This document shows positions 18,496-27,595 of a stretch of 64,000 nucleotides of DNA, piece after piece. The notes beneath the pieces were generated by a model. That model saw only the letters and a list, made by a program, of their open reading frames with translations. It did not search any database and was not told the DNA's origin. A program made the position numbers and the translations under genes. Source of the DNA: Candidatus Hydrogenedentota bacterium (GTDB lineage: Bacteria > Hydrogenedentota > Hydrogenedentia > Hydrogenedentales > SLHB01). The stretch covers positions 80,723 through 144,722 of the forward strand of contig BTVY01000009.1 in assembly GCA_045863335.1 (NCBI GenBank). Reading direction: 5' to 3'. Each line of letters begins with the position of its first letter. Positions within the stretch are counted from its first letter, which is position 1.

Positions 18496-18951
18496 ATGGA
18501 GATTCGGCACATCTACATATCGCCCGGTCACAATTTTCGCGGCCATCACGGACGGGAACCGGATGCCCATCCCGTCCTTGAGCTTATGGAAGTCGAGTGC
18601 GTCGCAGGGAAAGGCCTGATCGGCGACCGATACTACTGCTACGAAGAGAACTACAAGGGCCAGATTACGTTCTTCGCCTGGGAGGTCTATCAAGATCTTT
18701 GCCGGCAGCTTTCCGTATTTGACCGTGACCCCTCTGTGCTGCGTCGAAACGTAATTGTGGAAGGTGTGAACCTTAACAGTCTTGTAAATTCCGAATTCAC
18801 GATCCAGGGGGTGGAGTTCTTTGGCGTCGAGGAGTGTTCCCCGTGTTACTGGATGGAGCGCGCGTTCGCACCCGGCGCTGAAGAGGCGTTGAAGGGCAGG
18901 GGAGGACTGCGGGCGCGAATCGTATCCAACGGACTTCTGCAAAGACTTTGA
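18496..18951 (+). CDS. MOSC-domain protein (molybdenum cofactor-binding)
   Basis: GLIGDRY, LRRNVIVEG, CSPC, GRGGLRARI; GGAGG RBS. Confidence 0.85.
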   Translation: MEIRHIYISPGHNFRGHHGREPDAHPVLELMEVECVAGKGLIGDRYYCYEENYKGQITFFAWEVYQDLCRQLSVFDRDPSVLRRNVIVEGVNLNSLVNSEFTIQGVEFFGVEECSPCYWMERAFAPGAEEALKGRGGLRARIVSNGLLQRL

Positions 18952-19546
18952 GGTCTTAGGAGCATCCCACGCTATTTGCGACATAGGTGAACCTCCCTCC
19001 GACGCAAAACAAGTCATTCAACCGGGTGACATCCAAGGTTTTGGAGTGCGACGCACCTTGGCGGTGTCTTCATGCTCCTGCGTCTTCGATAGGATCCGCA
19101 TGACGGCAATGGGACTTGCCTTCGTGCCATGCCGGTATTGGAATCTCGAGATAGTCGAGCGGCGTCGTGCCGAGGTTAGCGATCGCGGCGTCGGGTGCCA
19201 GCGTTCGGTCGGCAAACAGCATTCGCGCGCTGATGTCCACGGCTGAAGCCACATGGTCTCCGCTCATTTGACGAGGTTCGGCTCGAATAACGCATGCGGT
19301 GCAGTGCCTTCGCGCGTTTGCCCACCTGCATCGGCTTAAACCATACGGAGATATTGGCGCTCGCCCGCGAAAGCTGGCTTGTGAGATTCCGGGCGAATGC
19401 GCGTAATCAAGATTCCTCTATTCGCTATGTCAAACACTTGCTGGCGACCGGTGCGATCGCGTCAGTGCCGTCGCCGTCCGGCGACGAATTTCCGAACGTC
19501 TTCACCTGATTGCAGTGTGGTTGCAAGTATCCGGCGTTTCCTATGA

Positions 19547-21082
19547 TCACGTCCCGTCTTTAAGGACCAATATCCAGTCGTTGCCGTCGCCGGGGCTGTC
19601 CGGTGGGTCGAACTCCTGGATGGGAGCGGAGGGCCCGCTGGGAATGTTCTCCAAGAAGGCCGTTGCATCGGCGAACTCTTTGTCGTCAGCTCTCCATTGT
19701 CCGTTGCGGGGATTGAACCAATAGGCGCTCTTTGGTTGCGGCGAAAGCCGGTCCATCTTGACGCGGATGTTCCGGCCGTTGGCGCTGTATACCATGGCGT
19801 AATCGCCGTTGGCGCCGCGTGTGGCTTGTAGACAGCTCGAGCGAACTCCTTCCCCGACGTCCATGCCTCCGGTATCGCCGTCGATCAGCGTTTGGTCCGG
19901 AATCCGGTCCAGAAACTGGTCGTTGGAAAGGGTTGCCATGAGGTCAACGAGATGCCGCATATCGATGGCGCCAGGTTCGTCGAGGCCGGCTTTCCACCCA
20001 CGGGCGTTGTCGGTGGTGACGGGTTCGTCCAGGTCTAACACTCCGCTGTCAAAATGGAATACGTTCATGCTTCCGTAGGTGATCCCGAAGCCTCCGGCGA
20101 AGACGGTCTGATAGGACTGGAATCGGATCTGCCAGTCCCTGTAGACGCTATCGCCCCGGGTGCGGGCCTCATATCCGCCTTCGAAGAGCCATGTGGGTTT
20201 CGCCGGAGACAAGCGGTAATCATGTTCCACTGCGACGTTTTGGTCGGTGGGTTGGTCCTGGATCGAGTTGAAGTCCAGCCAAGGGTCGTTGTGGAACCAT
20301 TCCGATGAGTTCGGATGCCACTTTCGTGGGTGGTAACTCATGATCGTCGTGCCGTAATCGGCCTGCAAATCCTGCTTGTCGACGTTATTCACGCCATCGG
20401 CGACACCTTCCGCCACAGCCCGAAACACGGGCCGGTAGTCCCTGTCGCCATACACGGCACTACGGTCTCCGCCGATCATCCAGATCACATTCTTCTTGTC
20501 GTGAAATCGCCGGCCGATCCAGCGGCCGTATCCGTATGCGTTGCCGGAATTCAGAACGATTTCCTCGGTGGGTTCGCCCTTCACGTAACTTCCCGCCACG
20601 CTTCCGCCCCACGCAGGGAGCAAGATCACCGCCAATCCATGGGCGTCTGCCACGTCGATGATATATTGCAGGTGATCCCAGTAGTCGTATTCCTCGGGAT
20701 CTTCGGAGTTCTCCCCCGGCGTGGTAATGGGACGTTCCGGATTCCAGGCGCCCTCCCGAACCTCAAATGGATAGTCTCCGTACGCATTGGCCTCGATACG
20801 AAGTCCTTCGTAAGAGGGGAAGGCGACTAGTGCAACTGTGTTGAATCCCTGCTCCTTTCGGTGCTGGAGATAATGCTCGACGTCTTCGCGCGTCAGTTTC
20901 CACGCGATCGCCCAAGCGGTATCGGCCACGGCGAAGAACCCCGTGCCGTCCGGGTGGATCAAGAAGCGGCCATTGTCGCTGACGCGTAGATCATTGGCGC
21001 CTTCGGCCCAAAGGGGCGTTCCCGGAAGGAATATGGATAGGATCGATAGAACGAGGCACGATAAGTGGGTTTTCAGTTTCAA
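19547..21082 (-). CDS. Secreted DUF4038 / GH140 (apiosidase-like) glycoside hydrolase with C-terminal beta-sandwich domain
   Basis: TTG start at 21082 with signal peptide; LRVSDNGRFL...ADTAW, WMIGGD, WFNPRNG...DWILVL. Confidence 0.78.
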   Translation of the reverse strand: MKLKTHLSCLVLSILSIFLPGTPLWAEGANDLRVSDNGRFLIHPDGTGFFAVADTAWAIAWKLTREDVEHYLQHRKEQGFNTVALVAFPSYEGLRIEANAYGDYPFEVREGAWNPERPITTPGENSEDPEEYDYWDHLQYIIDVADAHGLAVILLPAWGGSVAGSYVKGEPTEEIVLNSGNAYGYGRWIGRRFHDKKNVIWMIGGDRSAVYGDRDYRPVFRAVAEGVADGVNNVDKQDLQADYGTTIMSYHPRKWHPNSSEWFHNDPWLDFNSIQDQPTDQNVAVEHDYRLSPAKPTWLFEGGYEARTRGDSVYRDWQIRFQSYQTVFAGGFGITYGSMNVFHFDSGVLDLDEPVTTDNARGWKAGLDEPGAIDMRHLVDLMATLSNDQFLDRIPDQTLIDGDTGGMDVGEGVRSSCLQATRGANGDYAMVYSANGRNIRVKMDRLSPQPKSAYWFNPRNGQWRADDKEFADATAFLENIPSGPSAPIQEFDPPDSPGDGNDWILVLKDGT

Positions 21083-21257
21083 GGTGTACTTCCCTTCATA
21101 ATACCCGGAGTCTTGGCGAACAGGCCGACCGTACAGGGCCGACAAGTTTGTAGCATAGGGCGGGATAGTTCGACAATGTGATCGCGCATCCCTCACGACG
21201 GCACTTGGCAATACTTGCCCGGAACAGGTATAACCTGCCCGGGGAGGGGAGCAAACG

Positions 21258-22292
21258 ATGGAATCATGCAACATGGGACGGAGGACGTTTGTCTTGAGTA
21301 CAGGCGCAGCAATCGCGGGATCGTTGTCGACATTGGGCGCAGGGGCGGTGGCGTCTGAAGGTACGGCGAAGATACCGCCGTTCCGGGGGATGATGCCGAT
21401 CATGGCGACTCCGGTAGATGGGGAGTACAAGGTCGACGTGGCCAGTCAACGGCGGCACGTGGAGTATTGCATTCAATGCGGCGCGGTGGCCATCGGTCAC
21501 TTCGCGTACGCGTCGGAATTTCAGAAAATCTCGGATGCCGATCGTTCACAATTACTGGACGTGGTGGTGGAACAGGTAGCAGGGCGCATCCCGTTTTTCG
21601 CGGGGGTGACGGGACGCACGGCAGTGGACACGGTTCGTTACGCGCGTGAGGCGAAAACGCGCGGCGCGGACCTCATCATGGTTTCGTTGCCGTTTGAAGA
21701 ACAATTGGATCAGGAATCCACGTTCACGATGTTCCGCGAGATCGGCTCGACGGTCAGTTTGCCCATCATCATCCAGGACACGCCGGCGACCGCGGATGTG
21801 CTCACGCCTGAGTTGGTCATGCGTATCGCCAAGGAGACGGGGCAGGTTCACTCGATCAAGGCGGAGAGCGCGGATTTCCTTACCAAGACGGCGGACCTCA
21901 TGCAGCACTTCGAGGGGACGATGCAGGTCATAGGTGGCGCGGGAGGACAGCACATGATTCACCTGTTGCGGCTCGGCGTGACGGCATTCATGACCGGCAC
22001 GGAAGCGTTGGAGTTCCATGCGGCCGCGGTTGCGGCGTACTTGAAGGGCGACGCGGATGAGGCGGCGACGATTTACTTCACGAAGATTCTGCCTTATTTC
22101 ATGTTCTACAATTCGGGGAACTGGCAGCGCAATCTGAAAATGATGTTACACCTGCGGGGGATTATCGATACGCCGAACATGTGCCAGCCGGAAGACGACA
22201 TCCCGCCGGCTTATGGCGACGTGGTTATGAAGGAATTTCGGTGGGCGCTCGATCACATCGGCTGGACGAAAACCTGGCCGAACATTCCGTAG
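21258..22292 (+). CDS. Dihydrodipicolinate synthase / class I aldolase family protein with Tat-like signal
   Basis: GRRTFV Tat motif; MATP, ASEF, GAD, IIQD, Schiff-base IKAE. Confidence 0.8.
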   Translation: MESCNMGRRTFVLSTGAAIAGSLSTLGAGAVASEGTAKIPPFRGMMPIMATPVDGEYKVDVASQRRHVEYCIQCGAVAIGHFAYASEFQKISDADRSQLLDVVVEQVAGRIPFFAGVTGRTAVDTVRYAREAKTRGADLIMVSLPFEEQLDQESTFTMFREIGSTVSLPIIIQDTPATADVLTPELVMRIAKETGQVHSIKAESADFLTKTADLMQHFEGTMQVIGGAGGQHMIHLLRLGVTAFMTGTEALEFHAAAVAAYLKGDADEAATIYFTKILPYFMFYNSGNWQRNLKMMLHLRGIIDTPNMCQPEDDIPPAYGDVVMKEFRWALDHIGWTKTWPNIP

Positions 22293-22308
22293 GTCCGTTC
22301 GCTCCGGA

Positions 22309-23931
22309 CTACCCTTGGGGGACCTCATACGCGCCGATGCTGGGTTTCGCATCGCCGGGAAGTGGTGTGCCCCAGAAGTCGCGGCCTCCGTTCTCATCCA
22401 TGACGAGGCCCGCGCCGATACACGGCGAATCGCTATTCAGCTTGTACTCCGGCAGCGATGACAGCGCTTCGACATTGGCCAACGAAGCCATACCGGGCCG
22501 GACGAGCTGCGGATCCGCCCAAATTCCGACAATCTTGTTGTCAACACGTTCCTGTCCCGTTGCAGCGCTCCACGCATCCAGGCTCGCGTGCCCGTCCAGC
22601 GCGAATGGCGCGCCCTTCAATCGCCAATAAAGGTTGCCTTCAAAATGGGCCTCGTGACAGGCTCCTTCGATGGACGGGCCGCCGCTGACGAAGATGTTGT
22701 TTCGGAAGCGCATTCCCGGCATGCGCTTGCCGTAGAATCCGACAGCCGATCCGTCCTCGTTGTAGACCGTGTTATTGTAGATCTCCGCGTCCGACATGCC
22801 CTCAAGCCAGTAGATGCGGATTCCCGCATGTTGACCCGGCTTTCCATCGTTCTGGCTGATGTTATAGCGGATGATGTTGTTCTTCCACGGCAATGCATAG
22901 GGAAACATGCAGAGCAGGTAGCCGGGTCCATCGTTCCCATAGGACAAGTTGTACTGCATGATCGAATTCGTGACGCCGCCATCAAAGTCGAAGCCGCCTC
23001 CATCGTCGCTGGGGCTCTTGTTGTCGTGGGAAATGCAGTGTTGGATGACGACCCGATCGGCATTCCAGGCCCAGATGCCCACGGGCCCGTTTCCTTCGCG
23101 CGGCATGTCCCATCCATTGTTCATGGCTTCGCAGTATTCGATGGTGCATCCGCGCACGAATCCCGCCACAATTCCGTTGCCGCTATGGTTCGTGAGATTT
23201 GCCGGATTTCCGGGATTGTTTTCGGCGATACAACGTACGATACGAACGTTCTCAGACCAGAGTTCCTCGTCGCCCACCTGAATCCCCGAACTGCCGTTGT
23301 TATGCGCGTGGACGGAGTCGATCAAACAATCCTGAACGCCTTCGACCAATACGCCGCAGTGACGGAATCCCTGTACCTCGATCTGAGCGATGGTCGTTCC
23401 CTTGGCGTTGCGGACATGGACGCCACAACCGGCGTTATCATTTTTGCGCCCTGCGCCGGTGAAGTTGATGTTCTCGATCTTCAGGTAATCGCAGCCGTCG
23501 GCAACGACCCCGGAGCCGGTCCGGCCGTCGATGGCGGCACGGCCTTCGCCATAGGAACTTACGACGAATGGGCGTGACTCGGCGCCGCTATCGTGCGCGT
23601 CGAACGTCAGCGTACCCGGATACGTGTGTCCGCCTTCGAAAAGCAGGCGATCTCCCGGCTCAAACGAAGCGGCGTTGGCTCGTTCCACCGAACACCAAGG
23701 GCTTGTCCGTTCCCCGGAAGCGAGGTCATCGCCCGACGGGCTGACGTGGTAATCAATGCCGTGTGCGAGTGCGTTCATGCCAACCATGATAAACACCGGC
23801 AACATCTGCCGAATTGAGGCCGTCCATACGTGAAGGTGAAAAGACCCCTTTGACACGCATACCGGCGTATTTTTTCGGAATAACAGTGCCTCGAACGAAC
23901 TTTCGCACCGATTGGAATCAAAACAGAGCAT
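22309..23931 (-). CDS. Secreted right-handed parallel beta-helix (pectin-lyase-fold) protein
   Basis: YHVSPSGDD...PGDRLLFEGG, DGGGFDFDGG, NNTVY/RNNIF, IGAYE; true start probably 23805-23856. Confidence 0.8.
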   Translation of the reverse strand: MLCFDSNRCESSFEALLFRKNTPVCVSKGSFHLHVWTASIRQMLPVFIMVGMNALAHGIDYHVSPSGDDLASGERTSPWCSVERANAASFEPGDRLLFEGGHTYPGTLTFDAHDSGAESRPFVVSSYGEGRAAIDGRTGSGVVADGCDYLKIENINFTGAGRKNDNAGCGVHVRNAKGTTIAQIEVQGFRHCGVLVEGVQDCLIDSVHAHNNGSSGIQVGDEELWSENVRIVRCIAENNPGNPANLTNHSGNGIVAGFVRGCTIEYCEAMNNGWDMPREGNGPVGIWAWNADRVVIQHCISHDNKSPSDDGGGFDFDGGVTNSIMQYNLSYGNDGPGYLLCMFPYALPWKNNIIRYNISQNDGKPGQHAGIRIYWLEGMSDAEIYNNTVYNEDGSAVGFYGKRMPGMRFRNNIFVSGGPSIEGACHEAHFEGNLYWRLKGAPFALDGHASLDAWSAATGQERVDNKIVGIWADPQLVRPGMASLANVEALSSLPEYKLNSDSPCIGAGLVMDENGGRDFWGTPLPGDAKPSIGAYEVPQG

Positions 23932-23937
23932 CCACAG

Positions 23938-24147
23938 CTATTCCAGGCCCAGTGGCCCGGGCGACGGTGGCACACCATTTCCGAAGTTTTCGTTTACCTG
24001 ACGGATCAGTTGCGCTTTCCTTGGGTCGACCCGTTGAACCGCCGCCGACTGGGAATCTGCGTTGAAGTAATACGCATACACCGCGCCGGTAATGAGCACT
24101 GCAACGACGATTCCAATCAGCCACACCTTCTTTCGTGCCATTGCCAC
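23938..24147 (-). CDS. Small single-TM hypothetical protein
   Basis: GAGG RBS, basic N-terminus plus hydrophobic helix, same strand as flanking operon. Confidence 0.5.
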   Translation of the reverse strand: MAMARKKVWLIGIVVAVLITGAVYAYYFNADSQSAAVQRVDPRKAQLIRQVNENFGNGVPPSPGPLGLE

Positions 24148-24259
24148 GTCCCTCGTACGATCCGGTCGATCTCAGAAAACTCTACGAAACACCGCGCCGG
24201 AACTCGACCCGCAAAGTATCACATCGGCTCCGCACACGGAAACCGGCTGCTACGACGGC

Positions 24260-25102
24260 TCATGCCTTGAGCGCTCCGGAAGTCATCCCCTCAACGAAGT
24301 CGCGTTGAAAAAACAGAAATGCCAGGATGAGCGGTGCGGTCGCGAGCAGACTTGCCGCCATCACGATGCCATAGGGAATGCTGGAATCGCCGTTCAGCAG
24401 GTAGATTACCAGGGGCAGCGTATACATTTCCTTGGTATGCAACAAGATCAAGGATCCCATGAGATTGTTCCAGGCAAAGATGAAGGTAAAGACTCCCAAG
24501 GCGGCAAGGGCGGGCCGAATCACGGGAAGGACCACGTGCCAATAGATCCCCAATTCGCTGCAGCCATCGATGCGCGCCGCTTCAAGCAAGTCATCATGCA
24601 CGTTCTCGCCGATGTATTCGCGCATCCAATAGATTCCAAACGCATTGGCGGCGCCAGGCACGATCATGGCCCAGTACGTATCGATTCCGCCTAATTTCAC
24701 CATCATCACGTATATCGGAATGATGAGGACGGAACCGGGAATCATCATCGTGCCCAGAACGAATACAAAGAGACTTTTTCGCCCCGGCGCGTCCCGGTAC
24801 TTGGCGAAGGCAAAACCGGCGAGTGAGCACAAGAACAAAACCAGGCCGCAATGGCCCACCGAGATGACCAGCGAGTTCACAAAAGACCGAATGAAGTCGA
24901 CGTTGGCCAAATTGATCACGTCTCGGAAGTTCGATGGGTGCCAAGGCGAAGGAATCCACTGGGGCGGGGCAGCGAAGATTTGTCCGGGCACCTTGAACGC
25001 CGAACTGAGCATCCAATAGAAGGGGAGCAGGAAGAGCACGGCCGCAAGCGTCAGAACGATATGCCCGAGAATGCGGTTCAGATACCGATACCCCCGTGCC
25101 AT
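24260..25102 (-). CDS. Carbohydrate ABC transporter permease (MalG-like)
   Basis: LLEAARIDGC EAA loop, C-terminal GMTSGALKA; ATG at 25102. Confidence 0.92.
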   Translation of the reverse strand: MARGYRYLNRILGHIVLTLAAVLFLLPFYWMLSSAFKVPGQIFAAPPQWIPSPWHPSNFRDVINLANVDFIRSFVNSLVISVGHCGLVLFLCSLAGFAFAKYRDAPGRKSLFVFVLGTMMIPGSVLIIPIYVMMVKLGGIDTYWAMIVPGAANAFGIYWMREYIGENVHDDLLEAARIDGCSELGIYWHVVLPVIRPALAALGVFTFIFAWNNLMGSLILLHTKEMYTLPLVIYLLNGDSSIPYGIVMAASLLATAPLILAFLFFQRDFVEGMTSGALKA

Positions 25103-25106
25103 GGCG

Positions 25107-26030
25107 CTAGCTCCAATCGCTCCTGCGGAATCGCAGGATGAAGAGGGAGGCAACGAATACGACGGCGGCCACACCGTACGCCAGGCACGACGCGTAGCCA
25201 AAACGAAAATCGTCGAAGGAAGTATTGAAAAGGTACAACCCAAAGTTTGTAGAAGAACGCCCCGGACCGCCATAGGTCAGCATGAAAATCTCGTCGAACG
25301 CGTAAATCGTCCCGACGAGGGAGGTAATGGCGCAGAAGACGAACACCGGACGCATCAAGGGCAATGTGATATGCCACACACGGCTCCAAGCCCCGGCTCC
25401 GTCGATGCGTGCGGACTCGTAGTAAGTGCGCGGAATACCCTGCAAACCCGCCAGCATCAGCACCATTCCATATCCTGCCCATCGCCATATCAGCAGGATT
25501 GCAATAGACGGCTTGGACCACGTTTCGCTCGTGAGCCAGGGCAGGGGACGAAGGCCAAGCCACGGCACCGCCTCTTCAATCGCAGCGAGGGTCGCGTTCA
25601 GCAGGCCGCGCTCCGTGTCGTACAGCAGTCCGAAGACAAGTGCAATCGCGACCATCGGAGTGATGACGGGCAGAAAAAAGACGGCACGATACAGGCTCCT
25701 GAACTTGAGCCATGAGGCGTTGAGCAACACAGCCAAGAGGAACGCGGCGGCCAGCATGGGCGGAATGTAGAGGACGCAGATGACGAGCGTATTCCACAAC
25801 GAGTTCCAAAACGCCTCGTCATGCGCGGCAAGGCGGAGATTGTCCAGTCCAACCCATTTAATGGGGACGAAACCATCCCACTCGGTGAAGCTCAGCAGAA
25901 ACGAGAAGACGATTGGGTAGAGTGCGAACGCCGCGAACAGAACGAAGAACGGCGAAATGAAGACGTAGAAGTGCCAATTGCGGCGGATTCGTTCCGCGTA
26001 CCTTCGGCCGTCTGGCCGTGGCGCGCTCAC
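25107..26030 (-). CDS. Carbohydrate ABC transporter permease (MalF-like)
   Basis: YESARIDGA EAA loop, WVGLDN, FGYAS; GTG at 26030 overlapping the upstream TGA. Confidence 0.92.
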   Translation of the reverse strand: MSAPRPDGRRYAERIRRNWHFYVFISPFFVLFAAFALYPIVFSFLLSFTEWDGFVPIKWVGLDNLRLAAHDEAFWNSLWNTLVICVLYIPPMLAAAFLLAVLLNASWLKFRSLYRAVFFLPVITPMVAIALVFGLLYDTERGLLNATLAAIEEAVPWLGLRPLPWLTSETWSKPSIAILLIWRWAGYGMVLMLAGLQGIPRTYYESARIDGAGAWSRVWHITLPLMRPVFVFCAITSLVGTIYAFDEIFMLTYGGPGRSSTNFGLYLFNTSFDDFRFGYASCLAYGVAAVVFVASLFILRFRRSDWS

Positions 26031-27376
26031 GGGGTGCCCTCCGGCACTTGCGGGGCAAGTTCCCGCCGTAGCCGTTCGCTCAACTGGCGCGCCAATCGAG
26101 CCAGCATCGCGTCCGTTTCCTGGCAACCGTTAGCCGCCCAGTGGCTCATCTCCTGCGAGATGTAGCGGGAGGCCTCCCGCCAATCCTCGGTCCGGTTCAG
26201 CTGCGGTATCCGCGTGATGTCTTCCGCAAAGAGTCGCCGCACTCTCTGTCCGCCGTAGAACGGGTCCGGTTCGTCGAAGAATGGGTCATCATAGGCCGTG
26301 TGGAGCGCCGGAAAGAGGTCGGAGTTCCGGTAGTGTGCAAGTTGAGATTGCTCGTTGCACAACATGAAACGAACGAAGTTCCAAGCGGCATCGTCGCGCA
26401 TACTTTGCGCGGGTATGATGAGGACCGATCCCCCGGCTGTACTGGCGCGCAATCCTCCTGGCGTCAAGGCCGGTAAAGGAAACACGCCCCATTCCCCGGA
26501 GGTTTCGGGGGCGTAGTTCTTGATGAAACCACCGAGCCATGCGGCCATGGGAAACGATGCAATCTCTTCCGTGCCCAGGGATGTGTAGAAGGCCTGACTG
26601 AACACGGCGGTATTGGACGTGATGCCTGCCGTAAGCATGGATTCCAGGACCGCCAGCACCTCGCGGGTTTGCCCTGAGTCGATGGCAACGCGGCCTTGGT
26701 CGTCGAACACCTGGCCGCCATTCTGTTGCATTAAAATCTCGAACATGGCGGACACGTAGCTGGCGGGGAGGGTCAGCATCATTGTTTTTCCGCCGGAACG
26801 TTCGACAATCCTCTTGCCCGCGTCGATATAGTCGGCCCACGTTTCGATTGCCCCGGGATCGATACCATACCGCGCGAAGACCGGCCGCTTGTAGAATACT
26901 GCGCAGGGCCCGATATCCCAGGGGATGGCGTAGACGCGGCCGTTGAGCGTACAATTTGCCCAACTGGCGGGCACAAAGCGGTCCGCGTAGGGTGCGGCGA
27001 CTTCGGTCAAGTCGGTTAAGCGGCCGGTCATGCTGTACCGGGGTGCGTTTGCAATCTCGATCTGAGATACGTCCGGCGCGCCTACGCCGGACGACAAAGT
27101 CAACATCAACCGCAGATTCGCCGTGCTTGAACCGCTCATGTTGATGTTGATACCGACACTGGGATACTTCGCACGGAACGCAGGGATACGCTGCTCCAGA
27201 CTGGCGGCCGCAATGCTCCACGCCCAAACGTTCAAATCGCCCCGGATTCGGCCGGAAGTACCTGAGGGACCAATCGGTGCTTCCGCGCGCGCGACCACGT
27301 TTGCGGACAAGACGAGAACACAGAGCAATATCGGCGTTGAGAGAATTGCCGTGGTACTGTGCCGCTGGTTCGTCAT
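26027..27376 (-). CDS. Sugar ABC transporter substrate-binding protein
   Basis: Signal peptide from ATG 27376; GAPDV, VYAIPWD, IETWADY, GGS. Confidence 0.9.
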   Translation of the reverse strand: MTNQRHSTTAILSTPILLCVLVLSANVVARAEAPIGPSGTSGRIRGDLNVWAWSIAAASLEQRIPAFRAKYPSVGININMSGSSTANLRLMLTLSSGVGAPDVSQIEIANAPRYSMTGRLTDLTEVAAPYADRFVPASWANCTLNGRVYAIPWDIGPCAVFYKRPVFARYGIDPGAIETWADYIDAGKRIVERSGGKTMMLTLPASYVSAMFEILMQQNGGQVFDDQGRVAIDSGQTREVLAVLESMLTAGITSNTAVFSQAFYTSLGTEEIASFPMAAWLGGFIKNYAPETSGEWGVFPLPALTPGGLRASTAGGSVLIIPAQSMRDDAAWNFVRFMLCNEQSQLAHYRNSDLFPALHTAYDDPFFDEPDPFYGGQRVRRLFAEDITRIPQLNRTEDWREASRYISQEMSHWAANGCQETDAMLARLARQLSERLRRELAPQVPEGTP

Positions 27377-27595
27377 TTTCTGTCTAGACCCGCCCATGGT
27401 TGGCGCCGGAGCAACGCAAATCATGCGATACCATCGATCGGTGCGTACTTGCTCCGCGACGGAGCCAATGGGTAGAGGTTTCCGACTCACTCCCCGAGTA
27501 CGCGGATAGACGCGCCTTTCATTCCTAAGAGGCAGTTGGTAACGTATGGGCTCGACTGATGTCAAACAACGGGAAAGAAGGAGAGCGGGGGACCT

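Noticed and set aside
18960-19540. Short ORFs on both strands after MOSC
   Set aside because: No RBS or recognisable motif; may be a decayed gene but cannot be supported
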